Shown here piece by piece: positions 58,882-64,000 of a stretch of DNA of 64,000 nucleotides. The notes under the pieces are model-generated. The model made no database searches and was not told the DNA's origin. It worked only from the letters and a program-made list of their open reading frames with translations. Numbering within the stretch: the first letter of the stretch is position 1; each line of letters starts with the position of its first letter. The stretch is from Hypanus sabinus (Eukaryota), in contig NC_082731.1 of the NCBI RefSeq assembly GCF_030144855.1, positions 16,244,001 through 16,308,000 on the forward strand, read 5' to 3'. A program made the translations under genes and the position numbers.

Positions 58882-59899
58882 TGCCCAGGATGAATTATAT
58901 CCCTCCCACACTCAGAGCAGGTGAATGGCCTCTCCACACTGTGTACTCCCTGGTGTGTTGGTGGGTGGGCTGAGTGACTGAATCCCTTCTCCCACTGAGA
59001 GCTGACGAATGATATCTCCCTGCTCTCAATTCTCCAGGGGTGGGGGGGGGGCACCAAGTCAGATGAGAGACATACTGAATTCCTCGAACAATCAATGCAG
59101 ATGAAGAACTGATCTCTGGTGAACAAATGCTGGTGTGTCCTCAGCACCCCAGTTCCGGTGGTTTTGACTGAATTTAAACAGAAAACTTCACTTAAAGATA
59201 AATCACGTTTTCATCTGCGATGAGATACCTTTTCATCTTCAAGGATTGACAATGGAAGATTTGGTGTTGCAAAGAAAATGTCTGCTCACTCCTTAAATGT
59301 CTGGTCAAGCACAGCAGAATTGACGTGTTGTGTTTGAGATTCCCGTACACAAATCGTTTGCTGTCTCCAACCTGTAAAAAGATTTACAGAAGACATCAGT
59401 GGGTGAAGGACAGCGTTTGAGATGAGATAATTTCAGTGTCTGTGGAGAGATCTGACATCACACTGTCACAGTGAGGTTCAACACAAGTTGGACGAACAAC
59501 TCGTCGTCTGACTGGGCACGGACCAGGCGGCCAGACCGACCATCGAATTCTCTGACTGTTTGATTGTCCGTATCAGAATGGGCCATTTCTGCCCGTCATC
59601 AATCTGATACTTGGCTCAGATTTGCTTTCTCCATTGAAATTATTTCTAGTTCTGTGCGTGTCCACTGTGCCATAAAGAGCTCATCACATTACATGGCTGA
59701 ACCTGGGGGCTTTCTAAGTATTCTGATCTCCCACCATTCTGGTGACTGACAGTGGTGACTCATCGGTGTCACAGCCAATGAATGTGAAGGGGAGGGCATT
59801 GGTCTGTCTCACTCAGATGTGGCACTTTTGTGATGTGAAAGCTACCGGTCACTGGTCACCCAGGATAAAGGTGTTTGATGTCACTATGTAGCCAGAGAG

Positions 59900-60620
59900 G
59901 GGAACGGTGAAAAAGGAGTTTTCACGGGGACTGGCATGGATGGAAGATCGGCTGATTGGCAGGAGGCAAAGAGTGGGAACACAGAGAGCCATTTCTGGTT
60001 GGCTGTCAGTGACTAGTGGTGTTCTGCTGGGGTCGGTCTTGGGATTGCTTCTTTTCACGTTAAATGTCAATGATGTGGATGAAGGAACTGATGGCTTTTT
60101 TGCCTCGTTTGCAGCCGATACAAAGAGAGATGGAGAGGGCTGGTAGTGTTCAGATAGCAGAGAGTCTGCAGAAAGACTTTGAGAGGATGGGCAAAGAGGT
60201 GGCAGATGGAATACTTTATCAGGAAGTGTAATGTTCACCACTTTGTAGAAGGAATAAAGGCCTGTATCTCACTGAAACCTATCCAATATTAGACAGTCAA
60301 GATAGCATGGATGTAGAGAGGATGTTACCTATAATGGGGGAATCTCGCACCAGAGGGTACGGACTTAAAATAGAGGAGCGTTCATTTGGAACAGAGAGGA
60401 ATTTCTTTAGCCAGCAAGTAGTGAATGTGTGGAATTCATTGCCGCAGACGGCTGTGGAGGCCAAATCATTGGGTACATTTAAAACGGAGGTTGATATGTT
60501 CTTGGTTAGTCAGGGCATCAAAGTTTACAGCGAGAAGGCAGTGGAACGGGGTTGAGGGCGATAATCAATGAACCATGATGGATTTTCAGAGCCGAGTGGC
60601 CTATGTCTAATGGTTTTGTG
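59900..60620 (+). mobile_element. Old intronic CR1 LINE, antisense to ZNF D
   Basis: WMEDRLIGRRQRVG..VTSGVLLGSVLG..FAADTK and GESRTRGYGL..VVNVWNSLP peptides. Confidence 0.75.
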
Positions 60621-60809
60621 TTCTTAAGGGTAAAAAGTTCCAGAACAACAGGCGGTAGAACGAAGGTGATTTTCTAAAGAACTAAAGCTGGCGTAACGAT
60701 TCTCTCTGTTCACTCTGCAGCGCTAACTCACATCTTCAGTGACTGAAACGGACTTCAGCTGCCATTAACCCGGAACTCCAGTTTTGTTCCGAGTCTGAGG
60801 GATGCATCC

Positions 60810-61270
60810 GCTCCCATCCCCTCCGCCACCGGCGGGGGAAGCGCTGGAAGTGTCCCCCGTGTCGGTCACTTTCCCCGGGGAACGTCAGGACCAGATGCCC
60901 GGGGGGTCACGGTCCCCGCAGTGCGCATGCGTCATAGAAATGGCGCCAGCACCTTCGCTCATCAGCCCCAAATTCCCCGGGGCCCGGGGTGGAGGAAGGG
61001 GCAAAACTGTCCCGAGGTGCGGGGCCGCGGTGTGTCCACAGCTCGCAGCAATTCTCCCTCATTCGGGGTTGCGGGCCCGATGATATAAGACGCCCCCACC
61101 CGGAAACCAGCTCCTACCTGCCACCGACCATCCAGACTCCTCTGTCCACAGGACGCATGCGCGATGTACGGAAAACAGGAAATCTTTACGCCTGCGCGTT
61201 TGACCGTTGGGTCACGCCGGGCGTATTCTGACACGCGAGGTTATCTGGGTAGGCAAGGTACCATTCAAAA
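60810..61270 (-). promoter_or_regulatory. CpG-island promoter/first exon of ZNF D
   Basis: TGCGCATGCGT near 60922, AAATGGCGCC near 60938, ACGCATGCGCG near 61153. Confidence 0.72.
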
Positions 61271-61286
61271 TGTAGGCAAGCCACAG

Positions 61287-61492
61287 ACACACACAAAATG
61301 CTGGTGGAAGACAGCAGGCCAGGCAGCATCTAAAGGGAGAAGCACTGTCGATGTTGGAGTCCTGACGAAGGGTTTCGGCCCGAAATGTCGACAGTACTTC
61401 TCCGTATAGATGCTGCCTGGCCTGCTGTGTTCCACCAGCATTTTGTGTGTGTTGCTTGAATTTCCAGCATCTGCAGATTTCCTCGTGTTTGA
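61287..61492. mobile_element. Fold-back mini Penelope-derived element with a near-intact hammerhead (61359-61392, plus)
   Basis: Inverted arms; gtc-CTGACGA-agggtttcggccc-GAAAT-GTC-gac; same subfamily as 40511-40725. Confidence 0.8.
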
Positions 61493-61899
61493 CCAGGCAA
61501 GCGCCGGTTTCCCTCTGCCTCATGCCTCAAAACCAATCATTGTTTTTATGTGCAATACTCCGCAGCTACTGTAATGCAGCACGCTCACATAAACAATATA
61601 GCTCCTGAATCCCACCTGACCCAATGCAGTTCCCCAAGTCTTCATTTAATTCCCCAAATTCCAACGTAATAACAATTCCCTTCCCCAAATCTCCACTCAG
61701 TTCCCCAAATATTCGTTTAATCCTAATTTAATTCCCTGGACCTCCACTTATCAACAGTTCAATCTTCTAAACCCCCAAATACTGTAATTCCAACACGATT
61801 CTTCAAGTCCCATTCACCATCAATGCAGCTTCCCAAATTCCCAGTTAGACATTCAAACCAAGGTAGGAGCATGGTGAATGGCAAAGCACTGACGATACT

Positions 61900-62830
61900 C
61901 CAAGAGAAGGTGGGAGGGGTGAATGGGTAAGGGGATTCCTCAGAAATGCAGGGAAGGACGGCAACTCAAAGACAGGGAGGTGAGGTGGGGAATGAGTGAC
62001 CCAGAGATGGGGAGTAGGGAAGAGAGGGGCAATGACCAGTACATAAGGGAGTGAGGAAGGGGGTGACCTGTTGAATCTGGAGGGGGGAAGGGGGTAACCT
62101 AAAGACCAGGGAGTGTCTGGGGTAATAGGGAGGAGGTGGAAGGGGAAGACCCACAGACGTGTTAGAGGGGCAAAGCGGATGAGCAGAGACCCTGGGCTGT
62201 GGGGTGAAGGGGGCAACCTGGAGTCGGACAGCAATAAACCAGAGACGGTGAGGGGAGGGGAAAGGGGCCGGGTCTGGGGAGAGGGAAACGGGTAGTCCCT
62301 TGACAAGACAGAAGGGAAGTAGGTAACCGACAGAGGAGGGGGAGGTGGGGGGGGGAACAGGAGGCCGGTGGGGGGGGACTGTGGAAGGAGCTGCAGGGAG
62401 AAGGGGAGGGGCAACCCGTAGACAAGGGTGGTGCATAAAGTGGCGACCAAGTGAAGGGGGTGGGGGGGTCCCAGAGATGGGACACGAGACATGAACAGAG
62501 GATGAGACAAAAGAGGGGGAGTGAGGAGTGAAGAGAGCGACCCAGAAATGGGAGAGTGTCGGAGGGGGGGGTGTTGGGGGAGGTACCAAGACATGAGAGA
62601 GGGGCAGTGAGTAGCAGGGAGGTGAAAGGAGCGATTCAAGATGGACGAGGAGTTGGTTACGAGGGCAGGTGAGGAGGGGACCCACTGACGGGTGGCGAGG
62701 TAGTAAGGGCCGATCCACAGAAAGGCTGATCCAGAAATGTGGCGCAGGGACAGAGATGAGGGGACGATGCTGCCCGGGGTGGGAGCGGGAAGACGGAGGG
62801 GGAGGGGGGCCGGGACAGTCGGTGAGGTGC
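61900..62830 (+). repeat. G-rich cryptic satellite tract
   Basis: GTGACCCAGAGATGGGG, GCGACCCAGAAATGGG and GGTCCCAGAGATGGG variants. Confidence 0.7.
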
Positions 62831-63045
62831 TGGTTTGTCTAGGGCTTGGTGTGCAATAGGCGTCACAGGGTAGAATTCAGATCCTGCTGCTGTTTTACCC
62901 ACAGGCACGTTTTCCCATTTCTGTAACACGCACTGGACCGTAGTCCCGGTGCGCAAGTAAATAAAGTTTGAAGGAAGAGCGAGCGCAAGTTGTCGGAGAC
63001 CAGGTGATCGGTGACGTCACTTCACCCAGAGCGGTGACCGTCACG

Positions 63046-63562
63046 ACAGGGACAGACTGAGGGGAGCGGCAGGGATGGATTGAAGGGGAACAGAGAGAGA
63101 GATACAAGAACATCACTACGGGGACAGACTGAGGGGAGCGGCAGGGATGGACTGAAGGGAAACAGAGAGACAAGAACATCACTACGGGGACAGACTGAGG
63201 GGAGCGGCAGGGATGGACTGAAGGGAAACAGAGAGACAAGAACATCACTACGGGGACAGACTGAGGGGAGCGGCAGGGATGGACTGAAGGGGAACACAGA
63301 GAGAGAGAGAGAGATACACGAACATCACTACGGGGACAGACTGAGGGGAGCGGCAGGGATGGACTGAAGGGGAACAGAGAGAGAGAGAGAGAGAGAGAGA
63401 TACACGAACATCACTACGGGGACAGACTGAGGGGAGCGGCAGGGATGGACTGAAGGGGAACACAGAGAGAGAGACAAGAACATCACTACAGGGACAGACT
63501 GAGGGGAGCGGCAGGGATGGGTTGAAGGGGAACAGAGAGAGAGAGGAAAAAACCATTTCTAC
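63046..63562 (+). repeat. Minisatellite, 7 units of 66-86 bp with an internal variable (GA)n, next to a CRE palindrome (63011-63020)
   Basis: GACAGACTGAGGGGAGCGGCAGGGATGG starts at 63051, 63123, 63189, 63255, 63335, 63421 and 63493. Confidence 0.9.
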
Positions 63563-63825
63563 AGGGTGGTGGGACAAACAGACCAGGAACACCAACAGAG
63601 GGGCGGAATGGCCTCTCTAATGTAATAAACTATGCTATGGAGTCAGTCAGGATCAGAAACACAAAATTTAAAATAAAACTGACTTATTTACGACAGATCC
63701 ACAATATTTAACTGCAGACCGATTAAAGGCTGATATCATCGGGACAAACCTCTCCCGTGCCGGGTGACCTGGAGGCGGTGTCGCCCCGCGTTCCTGCGGG
63801 GTTGGGGGCCGGTCTCTCCCGTCTG

Positions 63826-63841
63826 CGCTGCCCCCTAGTGT
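63826..63841 (-). promoter_or_regulatory. CTCF-like motif inside a dispersed repeat
   Basis: Minus strand ACACTAGGGGGCAGCG; flanks resemble 52495-52600. Confidence 0.5.
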
Positions 63842-64000
63842 CCGACCAGTGGAATGACAATCTGGATCGTGTGTGCCTTTGTTCCTCCGCAGACAATTGA
63901 GAACCGCTTGTTCTCGCCGACAACATCCACCGATCATAAACTACAGCGCATGTCACTCAGGGACTTGGGTGAAATATACATCTTTTGTGTGAATGTATGT

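Noticed and set aside
61600-61845. TTCCCCAAAT-like recurring motif as a telomeric or functional array
   Set aside because: Irregular low-complexity repeat; not TTAGGG-derived and no supporting structure
63046-63562. CRISPR-like repeat-spacer array
   Set aside because: The variable parts are only (GA)n length changes, not unique spacers; eukaryotic context and no cas genes

Overview
Vertebrate genomic DNA with four N-gaps; the repeat content suggests a cartilaginous fish (inference). The window is a cluster of C2H2 zinc-finger (ZNF) genes. Three long finger-only ORFs are intact (14471-15769 +, 32140-33978 -, 57412-58881 -) and a fourth paralog runs off the left edge. At least five decayed ZNF remnants are also present. 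The genes are built from one repeated module: CpG-island promoter with NRF1/YY1-type motifs, intron, splice acceptor, finger exon, polyA signal, decayed second ZNF gene. Interspersed elements include CR1, Rex1/Babar and Nimb/I-like LINEs, a Tc1 remnant, mariner and hAT MITEs, two solo LTRs with target-site duplications (TSDs) and tRNA-derived SINEs. The less obvious signals are: (i) short Penelope-derived retroelements carrying minimal type-I hammerhead ribozyme motifs, several with intact catalytic cores and located at the ZNF promoters or in a 5'UTR; (ii) an orphan, frameshifted exon of the meiotic cohesin gene REC8; (iii) five long strand-asymmetric G-rich tracts sharing a cryptic GGYGACCCAGAGAYGGG motif; (iv) a CRE-linked minisatellite and a CTCF-motif-bearing repeat. 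All homology calls were made by eye, with no database search.
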